Positions 35,758-48,179 of a DNA stretch of 51,490 bases are shown here, piece after piece. A program made the translations under genes and the position numbers. The stretch is from Girardia tigrina (Eukaryota), in contig MQRK01255235.1 in assembly GCA_001938485.1 (NCBI GenBank), positions 1 through 51,490 on the forward strand. Direction: 5' to 3'. The stretch's first letter is position 1; the number at the start of each line of letters is the position of its first letter. The notes under the pieces are model-generated. The model worked only from the letters and a program-made list of their open reading frames with translations, had not been told where the DNA came from and did no database searches.

Positions 35758-38700
35758 ATGAATAAATTAAGTGAAAACACTATCCAATTAATATCGAGCA
35801 GTTATAAAATCTCATCGATCGAAACACTGGTCAAAGAATTGGTCGAAAATTCTCTCGATGCTAAATCGACTCACATTTTGATTTATCTGGCATGTTTTGT
35901 TTGCTCCACAGAAACAAAAGAAAATCGATTAATAAAAACGATTTAGAAACGATTTGGGTTAGAAAAAATCGACGTAATTGATGACGGATGCGGTATCAGT
36001 GACGCATCTCTCGTCTGTCAGAGTCATTGCACCTCAAAGATATTACACTATTCCGATATTGAGACGGTAAACACGTTTGGATTCCGCGGGGAAGCGCTAT
36101 CGGCAATCTGCTCGATCTCTGACTTGACGATCACCTCGAACTGTGACGCCAGCGCTTCTCCCATCGGGAAGAAATGGGCGTTCGATAAAATGGGTCGAAT
36201 AATTGCGCACTCCATCGTGTCGTGCAAGCAAGGTGATTTGCCGTTGTTTCTCTGTGAACAAAATCGAGTTTGGTGTGTAATTTCCGATGTATATTAAATA
36301 AATTACAACAGATATAAAGTTGCTGAAGATGATCAAAGATTATCGATGAAATATGTTCCAAGTTGACTTTTAATAAAATGCTTTAACAAATATCTATTCT
36401 AAATATTTCAAATTATTATAACTAGACTATATATATTAGGTTGGTCGAAAAATAATGGCGGTTTTTGAGCTTTATACTTTGTTTATCTACTTTGATATGT
36501 ATATAAGTTTAAATGCATTAGTGTTAGATATTATTTGAAATCTTATGTCTAGCTGTAAATTCCTATCGCCATTATTAACATATTGCTGTTATTTTTTAGA
36601 ATATTTACGGTGCTAAATTAATAATGGAAAAAATTAAAATTCGAGCAATTTTCTTGTACGAATTTAAACTGGGTCGTAAAGCAGCANNNNNNNNNNNNNN
36701 NNNNNNNNNNNNNNNNNNNNNNNNNNNNNNNNNNNNNNNNNNNNNNNNNNNNNNNNNNNNNNNNNNNNNNNNNNNNNNNNNNNNNNNNNNNNNNNNNNNN
36801 NNNNNNNNNNNNNNNNNNNNNNNNNNNNNNNNNNNNNNNNNNNNNNNNNNNNNNNNNNNNNNNNNNNNNNNNNNNNNNNNNNNNNNNNNNNNNNNNNNNN
36901 NNNNNNNNNNNNNNNNNNNNNNNNNNNNNNNNNNNNNNNNNNNNNNNNNNNNNNNNNNNNNNNNNNNNNNNNNNNNNNNNNNNNNNNNNNNNNNNNNNNN
37001 NNNNNNNNNNNNNNNNNNNNNNNNNNNNNNNNNNNNNNNNNNNNNNNNNNNNNNNNNNNNNNNNNNNNNNNNNNNNNNNNNNNNNNNNNNNNNNNNNNNN
37101 NNNNNNNNNNNNNNNNNNNNNNNNNNNNNNNNNNNNNNNNNNNNNNNNNNNNNNNNNNNNNNNNNNNNNNNNNNNNNNNNNNNNNNNNNNNNNNNNNNNN
37201 NNNNNNNNNNNNNNNNNNNNNNNNNNNNNNNNNNNNNNNNNNNNNNNNNNNNNNNNNNNNNNNNNNNNNNNNNNNNNNNNNNNNNNNNNNNNNNNNNNNN
37301 NNNNNNNNNNNNNNNNNNNNNNNNNNNNNNNNNNNNNNNNNNNNNNNNNNNNNNNNNNNNNNNNNNNNNNNNNNNNNNNNNNNNNNNNNNNNNNNNNNNN
37401 NNNNNNNNNNNNNNNNNNNNNNNNNNNNNNNNNNNNNNNNNNNNNNNNNNNNNNNNNNNNNNNNNNNNNNNNNNNNNNNNNNNNNNNNNNNNNNNNNNNN
37501 NNNNNNNNNNNNNNNNNNNNNNNCAAAAATGTATTGATGCCAACGGTTCATACTTTGATTAATAAACTTTTGTTTCTGTGAATTTGCACGTCTTTGAAGT
37601 TTTTGTCCCAAAACCGCCATTATTTTTCGACCAACCTAATATGTATATGTTATATCGAATTTGTGTAATGGGGCTGTCAATAAATGTCGTCACGCGGTAT
37701 TATCAAATTTCCAACCGCCCCTCCTATCGTCACTCTTCGTCACAAAATGCTTGACTTCTCTTAAATATGACGTCACAAAGCTCTGACACCCCCATGACTT
37801 TTTCTTTTTGTTACCGTAAAGTGCTAAAATAGCTAAAATTTGGGGGATTGTGCACTATGCATCATTCAATGTTTTCGTCGATTCACTTAACATATTTTAC
37901 GGGGAAAGGGTCAAGTCAAGCCACTTTTCATATTTTACATTTCACGAGTCGACACAATATTTTTTTTGCGAGTACTAAGTCAAAGGATCTACGAAAAAAC
38001 TCCGCGAATCAAAACGTCGAATTTAATAATTAAATTAATATTATTAAAATTATTTAATTTGTTAAAATTTTATTTAATTTATATTATTAAAATGGATATT
38101 ATTATTTGAAATTTTTTCAAAAAAGGGCTTAAATTAACTTATAAATAAGCTGAAAGTGTCTGCAAGTCGCAAGAAATTTCAATGCATATTTGTAGTGAAA
38201 AACTAAATTATAGAAAATTTAAATGGAGCCCGATCGGTTTTGTAGTTAGAATGTTAATATTTTGTCTTTAGGAAAATATTTTTATCAAGTCAAAATATTT
38301 TTAAATAATAAAAAATCATATAAAAATATAATTTTATTCTCTGTTTTGGAATTATTTTTATAATAATATTGGAAAACATTGTCATTATTTTTAATTTTTT
38401 AATGTTAAATAAATTAATACTAAAATTAAAAAAATAATAGTAAAAAATTGAATAAACATTAAAAATATTTTTGAATATTATTATAAAAATCATTCCAAAA
38501 CTTAGAATAAAATAATATTTTTATGTGATTTTTTATTGTTTAAAAATTGAAAAAAAATTGTTTCGAAAATTGAAATATTAAATTTAAAAATTATTTGAAA
38601 TCTTTTTACTTTATAATTAAATTATTTATAATTAGTAGGAATAAAATAAAATCCCAATCAACCATCTGCGTAGGACACACAATCCGAATCAACATACAAC

Positions 38701-41700
38701 ATGCACAATATCAACAAACAATTCAAAATATTCCTCACAGTTATGTTCTATTATAAAATGTTATGTAACTAAAAAAATATAAATTTAATTATTAAAATTA
38801 TTATATTTTAGAAAATTTCTTAATGATAATTTCGGTTTTTTGGGTATTTCATACTTTGTGTTTCAGTTCTTTTAGATAAATCAATTATTAAATCTATAAT
38901 TACATTATTCAATTGTTTACATAATTCCAAAATTATTTTAATGAAGATTAATAAATAAAGAACAAACTTTAATAATTTAACACATTAATTTATCTTTAAA
39001 TATATTAATTTTATAAATATATAAATGTTGTGTTGCTACATTGATGATTTAACTTAATTTATAACAGGAACCACAGTATCTGTATCAAATATTTTTCATA
39101 ATCTCCCAGTCCGCTGTCAAATATATAAATCATTATATATTCTTCAAAAAACCCTGAAGCTTATAACACATTATTTGCAGCAATTATATCTATCAAGAAA
39201 GAATATTCACATAAAATTATTTAATGATAACAATATCATTTTAAATCTTCCAATTACTTCTTTTAGAAAAGACGCAATTTCTTTTGTAATCGGATCAAAT
39301 AAGTTCAAATATTTTAGTGAAATCAGTGAATTCAAATCGGATCAAGAAAATAATAACGACGATAATAAAATAGAAATGAATTTATTTATTCCACATTGTA
39401 TCGATGATAAAATCGGTTTAACATGTCATGATTATAAAGACAGTTGTTACTTATTCATCAACGATCGACCCGTCGAAGTGCCCATATTATTCAAAACTGT
39501 AAGAAATATCTACAATCGCTTTACAAACACGACATCTAACCGCTATCCCTATGTGTTCCTCTATCTCTATATTCCATCATCTTGGATTGATGTAAATATC
39601 GACCCGGATAAAAGAAAAGCCAATCTCAGTCACATGAATTTAATTATCGATTTTATTGATCAACATTTACAATCGCTATATGATTCTTTGAGCAACGATC
39701 AAGCTCCAGCGAGTGATAATCAATCAAACATCCCTATTATTCCTACAGTCAATGAAAANCTGTCATCCAGTATCGTTGTCCCTCTTGCAAGTGACAATCC
39801 ATCAAGCAGCACAAATGTTTTTCCATCAAGTGATAATTTGTTAAGGGACAATTACTTGAATTCATCGTGTGAAATGCCTCCGGTGAAATATATACGGAGG
39901 ATACACGCTTCTAAACTTGACGAAATGTCAGATGATCTATCAAATAATAAAGACGACATTTTTTCGGTAGATGAAAGTTCAATTGAATGTCGAGAAACGG
40001 TTTTCAATGATGAAAGACAGGAAGAATATGCTCGTGGAAGATTATTGGAAATTGAAGATCACCCTATTAAAAATGTTAACTTAAAACGATCAGTAAGTGT
40101 AACTCTTTTTAAGGCATTTTATTTTTTTTCTTACTTTTCAAGTCGTAATTTACATTTCTATAGTTAATTTGATTAATATATTAAGAAGAATGTAAAACTG
40201 CTTTCTAATTTAGGAAGCAAAAGACCATATGACGTTATTGTTAAAGTATATTTAACACTAATATATTTATGTTGAAAGTAAAAATGTTATTTATTTTAAA
40301 TTCTTAGTAGTTTTTTTTATTGTTTATCAGTATTTATTTTTTTCTTTCTTTATCTTTACCAATTCATCGATCAACTCTTTAAATTAGTAGCACATTCAAA
40401 ATAGAGATGGACGTTCATCCTTAAAAGTCTCTCAACCCTACCCGAATTTTCATGAGTCAAACCAAAACCCTTCCCGACCCGGCTTTATTATTATGCGACC
40501 CAACTCACCCGACTGTATTTTATAACAATTCGAATTAACCCGAATGTAAATTAATTTTTATTGGACAATAGATTATCAGTCTTCTGCAAATGATGGGATG
40601 TCCATATAAGACAACACGAAAAGCATTTTATCTATGGTAGTTGGTGAAAAATGAACACGTCTTTTCATTATTATAAAACCAGCTTCACTGAAGTCTCTAT
40701 CCGATGTTGCAAAAGAAGCAGGTACGCTAAAAATAAGTCGAGAGATTCGAGACAATTGAGGATATTAACTCTCTGGATTTCCACTAATCCATGAAATCAA
40801 CTTTAAGACCAAAACTTGGTTCTTCTGAATAAATGTCCAGTTCCACTTTGAGATCTGTTTCTTTCACGTGGTTCCCATACAATTCATCATCAAAGGTTCG
40901 CGAAACCTGAATTATAATGATGATATATGTACTATATTTACTTTGCGTCTTTCATTTGAAATGTATCTTTGTGCACAAATGAAAACTAATTGTTGATCTA
41001 GGATTTTATGGTGAAAAGTTAAACTTATCGAATCAGTGACGACACTTTCACTTACGTCTACAATTGGCTGAATTAGTTTCAAAGTCTCTTTTATGTACTG
41101 AAGAGCGGATGACCGTTGCTCAGAGATCAGAAAATTGATCGAATTTTTAGCACGAGGATCCAGGAAAACATCAGCGAAATGAATAGAAGCAAGCTGCACT
41201 AATCATGATAAATGATCATTTATCACAAATAAAAAGACTTGCTACTTGTTGTTCTGTATTGAGCGAAAAGGACTTCTTTTAATTTTTAAACAGGAAAATT
41301 TTTTTGACACTTTGTGATAATTCGACTATTTGTCAACCCGAACCCAACCCGATTTTCTAAACTGTAACCCTAACCCGACCCGACCCGAAGTAACAAATCA
41401 CTAACCCTATACCAGGTCGAGTTCGGGTACGGGTTACATTCGACCATCTCTAATTCAAAATAATGAATCAAATTTTTCGTTATCATAAATTATATCAGAG
41501 TTCCTTTGACAATTATTTCTGTATTGATCTTTAAAACGTTTTCCAGAAAAGTGTACTATGAAGTTAAGGTGATAATTCTAAAAAAATGAAATTTTAACTT
41601 TCCTGGCGGATGTGTGATTATCTATTATTTTTAAGTTATACTTCTATAGTTATTATCACTTTGAACTAAAGCAAAAGATGTATTTTAAGTAAATAGGACA

Positions 41701-44417
41701 GGAAAAATATAAAAAGACACCTTTTGTATTTAAAATGCTATTAAATTCTGTGTCTAATTGCAGTGTCTTAATGGCAATAAAAATGTGACAGTCAAACTCA
41801 TGAACCATTTAACCCGTTTTACCATTCCACTCTGGTGTGTGTTACATGTACTTGCTGCACCTCTCTATCTGTTACTTAACATACTCGATTAGGTAGAAAT
41901 AGCTTGTGTTGATGTAATTCCTCACCACATTCAATAATATCGAACTCCGATGATGTAAAATCTCATGACATCACTAGAGTTCAAATTCCAATGATTTCAG
42001 ATGTAAGGACGTCACCGGAATATGCAATTGCAAGGTCAGTTTCAATTGCACGAACTAACCCAAGGGCATATTGTATAATATTATATAATATTGATTTAGT
42101 ATAAAAGAATGAATATTTTCATTTTAATTCGGTAATCAAATCCCCATCAATATTTCATTTAATAAATCTTATTCTTGAATTTGTGTTCTTTACACAGCTC
42201 AATTATGGATCATATTTTGACGAAAAAATGTAGGAAAGGACATTACATAGATGTCCGGGTTTTAATCAGTAACTTTGATTATAATTATGAAAGGATAATT
42301 ACTGAAGCACTGTTAATTTAGTTCTTAAAACATAGTTTAAACATTTAAAGTGATCCATTCCATCATATTAAAGTATTTTAACGTAAGACATGAATGATGC
42401 AATGGTCTTCTAACTATATAAGCAGTAGCAGTTGATTAAAATTGTAGATGTGATGATGCCATAAAAGCGTAACATATACAGTAAAGTTTCTCTTAACTGC
42501 AAAAAATGGGACCTGACGAAAATTTGGCGGTTAACAGAAACTAAGGAATAAAATAAAGACGCTGGGAAGCCACCGAAAATGACCGAAAACCGTGCAGGTC
42601 GTTATTAACCGCCCAAAAATTCTGATTTTTCTAAATTTCACATAGAAAGTTTCTATCAGCTGCTAATTTCTGTTAACCACCATTTTTTTAAAAAATTGGT
42701 GGTTAAGAGGAATTTTATTTTAGAGGTGTGAGGAATATTTTAAATTTGGTATGTTGAAATTGGTTTGTTGAATTTTGTATGTTGAGTTTAGTATTTGGAA
42801 ATGTGTTTCTCCCACCCAGATGGAAAATTGATATTTTAGATGTTCATGATAAATAATTATTCGAGTATAATTTATATAATTTAAATTTTAATTTATATTT
42901 TAAAGTACTACATAAGATATTTAAAAACATTAAAAATATTAAATCTTTTCAAATCTTCATATTAAAATTTAAATAAAATAAATAGTTTTAACTAAGTTTT
43001 GAATTAATTAAATATTCTTTNNNNNNNNNNNNNNNNNNNNNNNNNNNNNNNNNNNNNNNNNNNNNNNNNNNNNNNNNNNNNNNNAAAACTACAAAATTGA
43101 ATTTTAAAAATAAAATCAGAAAATAATGAAAAATTTGTTCGAATAATTGTTTATTAACAAACATTAATAAAAAATTATCAATTTAGAACGATGTCAAATG
43201 ACGTGAGTTTCGCTGAGAGTTGTCCAAAAGACAATTCTGATTGTAATGAAAATAAAAGTTTGAAAAGCCATGGTGGTGTTCTTAATAAGAGGAACTGTAT
43301 TTTAAAAATCAACAAAAACATTAAAACCTGGATGTTTTGGAGGTTTTTCGATCAGGGATCAGTGTTTTCATCAATTTCACACATACAATCATCATTCAAA
43401 AGGCTCCGCGGGACGAGTCTCAACCCTGTGCTGGGCCCTATTTTCAATTTTTTTAAAAAATGGCGGTTAACAGAAATTGGCGGCTGATAGAAACTTTCTA
43501 TGTGAAATTTAGAAAAATCAGAATTTTTGGGCGGTTAATAGAGGGTAGCGGTTAAGAGGAAATTTATTGTATTTACATCTATTTTAAAATCTCTTTATAA
43601 ATTTAAATGGTTTGAATAATTTATTTATAATTTTTGCAAATCAAATTTATAATACATATTTTTTAAATATTCAAGTAAGAAATTCTTATAATTTGAAATT
43701 AAAAATATTAATCAATTGAATAATGCAAACCTACAAAAGTTTTGTTAATAATTGAACTGGGGGCAGATCAATTTTTTATAATAATAAAATTGTCGAAAGT
43801 GTTCTTAATAATAACAATTACGCATATTTTTTTCGCCACAAGTCTGAAACTCTTAACAAATGTTTGATTATATTATATTATATTATTCTAAGTTATGATT
43901 ATTAAGAAATGTGCATTTTTTTCGAATGTGTACACCTTTTAAACATTTAGTATATCCATCCATATTTTTTATTTTTTATTAAAGGGATAATGTTTTATTT
44001 TCAGATTCAAAATAAAACAACTGATAATTGTGAAGTGTTGCATTCTAAAAAGCAGAAAAATACCGAACCATCTACAATGCAATCAAGTCCCGTTAAGGCA
44101 TTAATTAAAAATTCTGTAAATGAATCATCGAAAAATTTACAAATTTCGCTAAATCTATCTTTGGATTCTTTAGAAAAACAAAATGTTACTCAATCTGATA
44201 CTTCATCTACTAAAAAGTTGATTATTGTTAACTGTTGGGATACTTTTGTAATTTCGGTTGAAATGCAAAACTCAGAAACCTTAAAAAGCAATGAGGCAAA
44301 TGATTTGGTAATTTTTAGTCAAAAGGATCTCATCTTTGCCAGTACATACTTAGAAAATATTGCTAATATCCAGGTACCGGGAACAACATTGCCATGTCCT
44401 ATCGTAATAAATGAAAA
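35758..44417 (+). CDS. PMS1: PMS1-like MutL-family mismatch repair protein, 5' exons 35758-35889, 35947-36232, 39068-40092, 44005-44417 (3' end not found; a micro-exon near 40214 is possible)
   Basis: GHKL ATPase motifs VKELVENSLDA, VIDDGCGI, HCTSK, TFGFRGEALSAIC, G|TTVSVSNIFHNLPVR; transducer FINDRPV...YP...IDVNIDPDKR. Later exon YLENIANIQVPGTTLPCPIVI resembles my recollection of the vertebrate PMS1 C-terminal region rather than PMS2. Confidence 0.85.
36436..37639 (+). mobile_element. Mariner, cecropia/Hsmar1-like subfamily, in PMS1 intron 2; interior gapped
   Basis: Perfect TIRs ttaggttggtcgaaaaataatggcggtttt, TA TSD; ORF MEKIKIRAIFLYEFKLGRKAA...QKCIDANGSYFD* (36624-37562). Confidence 0.93.
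38600..38739 (-). mobile_element. LTR 5' portion (family D); distal boundary uncertain
   Basis: Matches 28320-28466; begins TGTGAGGAATATTTT on the minus strand. Confidence 0.6.
40402..41452 (-). mobile_element. Internally deleted hAT transposon
   Basis: TIR tagagatgg / ccatctcta, perfect 8-bp TSD attcaaaa, cccga subterminal repeats, dimerisation-domain remnant YPQLSRISRLIFSVPASFATSDRDFSEAG. Confidence 0.9.
42200..42478 (+). mobile_element. Penelope-like 3' remnant with a decayed hammerhead
   Basis: RIITEALLI...HHIKVF*, then tatataa and gUGAUGA ugccauaaaagc GUAAC au; interrupted by the MITE at 42479. Confidence 0.6.
42479..43569. mobile_element. Tc1/pogo-type MITE containing a solo LTR
   Basis: TA|cagtaaagtttctcttaac ... 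gttaagaggaaatttattg|TA; internal inverted repeat 42605-42680 / 43465-43540. Confidence 0.75.
42727..43287 (+). mobile_element. Solo LTR, family A, with 5-bp TSD agagg
   Basis: agagg|TGTGAGG ... TCTTAATA|agagg. Confidence 0.85.
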
Positions 44418-44528
44418 GTAATTTTAATTGTTTAGTATCATAATGGTGAAAAATTATCATATTTTATCAAAAAATGTAACAACAGTAAAGTACATTTGAC
44501 AAACACATTTCCATATATGTATATGTTA

Positions 44529-45014
44529 TGCCGAATTCGTGTAATTACCGAATTAATGAACTAGTCAATTTTTACCGAATTCACTAACTATTTGAAAAAT
44601 TTTCATTTCAATATGAACATTTCTGAATTTAATATGAAAAATTATGTATTTAATATGAAAAAAATATCAAATTATTATGAAAAATATGTAATTAATAATT
44701 TAATATTTAATGTAATAATTTATGTTATAATTTAATTTATTTAATAATGAAAAAATATCAATTTCATATGAAAAAATAAATTAAATATGAAAAAAAATCT
44801 TAATTCATTATGCCAAAACTGACTTCAAATGTAAAATTTTTATTCATAGTTATTAAAACTTCTTCCTTGGTGGCGAGATGAATTGCAAACGTTTGTATTT
44901 TAAAAGCATTTTTACATATTAAATTGATATTTTTTCATATTAAACGTTAATATAAATTTCATAATTGAATGAAAAATTTTTTTTAAAAAAATTGCCGAGT
45001 TCGTGAATTCGGCA
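44529..45014. mobile_element. Probable MITE
   Basis: Termini tgccgaattc / gaattcggca; internal aatatgaaaa repeats. Confidence 0.45.
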
Positions 45015-45419
45015 AAAATTTTGTCTAAATTGACGTAAAAGTACAAGCAGTCATAGAAATCAAAGTTGTCAGAATTGTTGCCAGACGTCAAAGGGAGCTT
45101 ATGACGATAATTGCTTCCAAAAAATATGAAGATGCTGAATGGCTAAAGGAAAAAGATGTGGACATAACTAACTAGACAATGCCAAATACTTCATTTGGAG
45201 AAAACACATTTATCTTCCGCTGATTTCGCTTACAGAGCACCTGAAATACTCTTGGGAGGAAAACTGATTTTTAATTTGATATACCAGATGTATGATAATG
45301 CTGAAACATTATGATATTTTAATAAAGTATTTTTGCTACGTTTATACTGTCGCTTTGATGAAGGTGTCCTCCCCGTGGGTGTTATACTAACATCGAATAG
45401 ATTATTTGCTACATAAACT

Positions 45420-45456
<37 letters not shown>

Positions 45457-45506
45457 NNNNNNNNNNNNNNNNNNNNNNNNNNNNNNNNNNNNNNNNNNNN
45501 NNNNNN

Positions 45507-45561
<55 letters not shown>

Positions 45562-46733
45562 TTTCTGAACTCATCTCTTCATTCTTCACTTAACCTTTTT
45601 TTATATCTTCTCTTTCCTTTCTTGATTGGGTAACAAATACCCACTTTCCTTATTAATGACATTAAACAATAAAAATAAAAAAAGTAATAATAATGATGCA
45701 TATTCACACATGCAGTCGCATACCACAAAAAACATACACTGGTAACAAAATAAAAATGTACTTTTACACCCCATTTTCCTTATTCAACAATACATTCACT
45801 TTTCTCTTATCTGCTAATCCAATTCTGTTAATAGTTAAAAAAATTTTGAAAGGGGGTCATATATATTGTGACATACTTATTCTAAAGGGATTAAAAAAGT
45901 TGTGATAGGAGTATGGATGGAGGCAAAAAATGCGAAAAAAACGTGACATCCTTTATGAACAGCCCTAAGATCTCTTTTACATATATTTTGTAACAGGTAA
46001 TCAATCTCACACAAACATTTAAGATAAATGTTTATTTTATTGATAGGTCTGATTTAACAATCGCAAATGTTTCAATTTAATTTTTATTCATATGAGAATA
46101 TAAAATGGATTATTTTTTTACTACGATTAAAGCTTATTTATATATAGGGACTAAAAATCGTAACATCTTTTCCAATATTTCGAATGTATATTTATTGATA
46201 ATTATATATTATTTCCTTTTAACGTCTGTTTCAATATTATATTTTCTTATTTCAAAACAATGAATGTAATCATATTTATTTATTACTTACTTTTCAATAT
46301 CTATAAAGTCGTATGTCCAGAGATTTGACATAATATATAAATTGCTTGGAATTTCGTTAAATTTCAAAGGTTTCTTTGATTAATTTAGTTAATAATCTAT
46401 CATTCCGCTTCCTTATTTTTTTTCTTTTTGCTCAATGGCTTTTTTCATTGTCTACTTAAAGTAGTTTTCTGCTGTTGATAAAATTCTGGATTTGAACATA
46501 TAATTTTTCGTTTTCTTATTTATTTATTTTCTATATCTTGTACATCAAGTCTGATTCTCATCTTGAAATTATTGAATAAATACTAAATTATCAATTTCTA
46601 GCAATAAAAAATAATATATGATTTATTTTGAACATTTTCATTTACTCTTGAAAATTGGATGAAAAATTATTTTTTGTAATTTTAAATTATATTAAACACA
46701 AATAACACCATTTTAATTTTAAATTTTTATTCG

Positions 46734-46770
46734 AAAACATGTTTCGCCACTGTTGTGGCATCTTCAGTTG
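46734..46770 (-). ncRNA. Minimal type I hammerhead ribozyme (inverted copy)
   Basis: Minus strand caa CUGAAGA u gccacaacaguggc GAAAC au GUU uuc. Confidence 0.65.
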
Positions 46771-47136
46771 TGTTTTTAATTAGAAAGTTATTGTTTATAT
46801 AGAAAGATGATCATTACGTCACAGTATGTTACGTCAAAATACTCTAATATGATTGGACGAATCACTTTGCACATTTAGACCAGGTTTACAAAACTTACGT
46901 CAAAATAATGTCATGGAACTCAAAGTAGGGTATTTGATAGTGATTTTCGCGTTTTTATTAGTAAATTGGTTCACAATTATGAAATGACAATTACTGAAGC
47001 ACTCTTGATAAAGTTTTGTAAACCTAGTCTAAATGTGCAAAGTGATTCGTCCAATCATATTAGAGTATTTTGACTTAACACACTGTGACGTAATGGTCAT
47101 CTTTCTATATAAACAATAATTTTCTAATTAAATACA

Positions 47137-47173
47137 GAACTGAAGATGCCACAAAAGTGGCGAAACATGTTTT
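47137..47173 (+). ncRNA. Minimal type I hammerhead ribozyme
   Basis: gaa CUGAAGA u gccac-aaaa-guggc GAAAC au GUU^ uuc, followed by AATAAA; 5-bp stem II. Confidence 0.75.
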
Positions 47174-48179
47174 CGAATAAAAATTTAAAATTAAAATTGT
47201 GTTATTTGTGTTTAATTACTAAATTACCATTTGATTTGAAGAAATTAAATTTATTTAAATTATATGTTTATTATTTTAGAGATCTTGCACTTTAACTATC
47301 TTCATGTATTCTTATTTGAGAAAATTATGTTCTTTCTCTCGTTCCGTACTTTCTACATTATAATAATTACAAGTGACATCAAAACATTAATCAATCTTTG
47401 AGTCGAACCCTTGCACATTTAATGTAATTCTCTTGAAATTCAGCTTTTACATTAAATCTAACACAATCTGAAGAATAATGATCTATGTAGATTAAGTAAA
47501 ATTTTTTTCTGTCCATCATGTATTTTTATATTGTTCATTCAAATTTGACAAAATTTCAAATAAAGATTCTCGTTTTCAAGAGGAAGTTCGGAAGAAACTT
47601 ATTTTCAAAAAATTTATCACTAGACATATCGCCGAGTTCACCATCCGACCAATCAGATTGCAGTATTTTTAAACTGTAGAAAATTTTTTTTTATTATTTT
47701 TTATACAACAGAATAATAAAAAGGATTTTTGATGATGTTAATGCGAATTTAAGTTTGATTTACGTTAAAATAATATATTTATTCTTGAAAACTTTGATAG
47801 ACAAATTGAACAATTGATTTTATTGTAAACAAAAACGAACAAAACAATTGTAAATTATAGTACCACTATAATTTGTTTGAGAGAGTATCTGGGTTAAGAA
47901 ATTACTTCTTTACTATAATTTACTGTGTATAATCCGCATTTGACATTTTTATGATCTTTGGCCTATAATATAAATAAATAGAGTTTTATAAATATAAATG
48001 TACAGTTTGAAGTAGGTTATGGCATTTGAAAAAACAACATATATGACCAACACACAACTAGTTCCCATCCAGATTTCCACAACGCACTCAGTCACAATTA
48101 CCTGTGTCACTGTTAAATGAGCATGACAGTAAACCACTATCACATAAAACTGTTATTTTTTTGTATATATTATTTTTTT

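Larger units (their letters stand above)
46691..47216 (+). mobile_element. Penelope-like 3' remnant folded back on itself
   Basis: ~206-bp inverted arms (46691-46896 / 47011-47216); GIY-YIG tail MTITEALLIKFCKPSLNVQSDSSNHIRVF*. Confidence 0.8.

Noticed and set aside
43191-43487. 98-aa ORF (and 1474-1680)
   Set aside because: Spans an LTR end and unrelated flanking DNA; chance ORF.
37668-45966. Complementary TIR-like ends ggggctgtcaataaatgtcgtcacg / cgtgacatcctttatgaacagccc bracketing PMS1 exons
   Set aside because: More simply two separate MITE fragments; no matching TSD, and PMS1 exons are colinear across them.
46845-46900. Apparent GIY-YIG-like IGRITLHI motif on the plus strand
   Set aside because: It is simply the reverse complement of the 47011-47070 arm.
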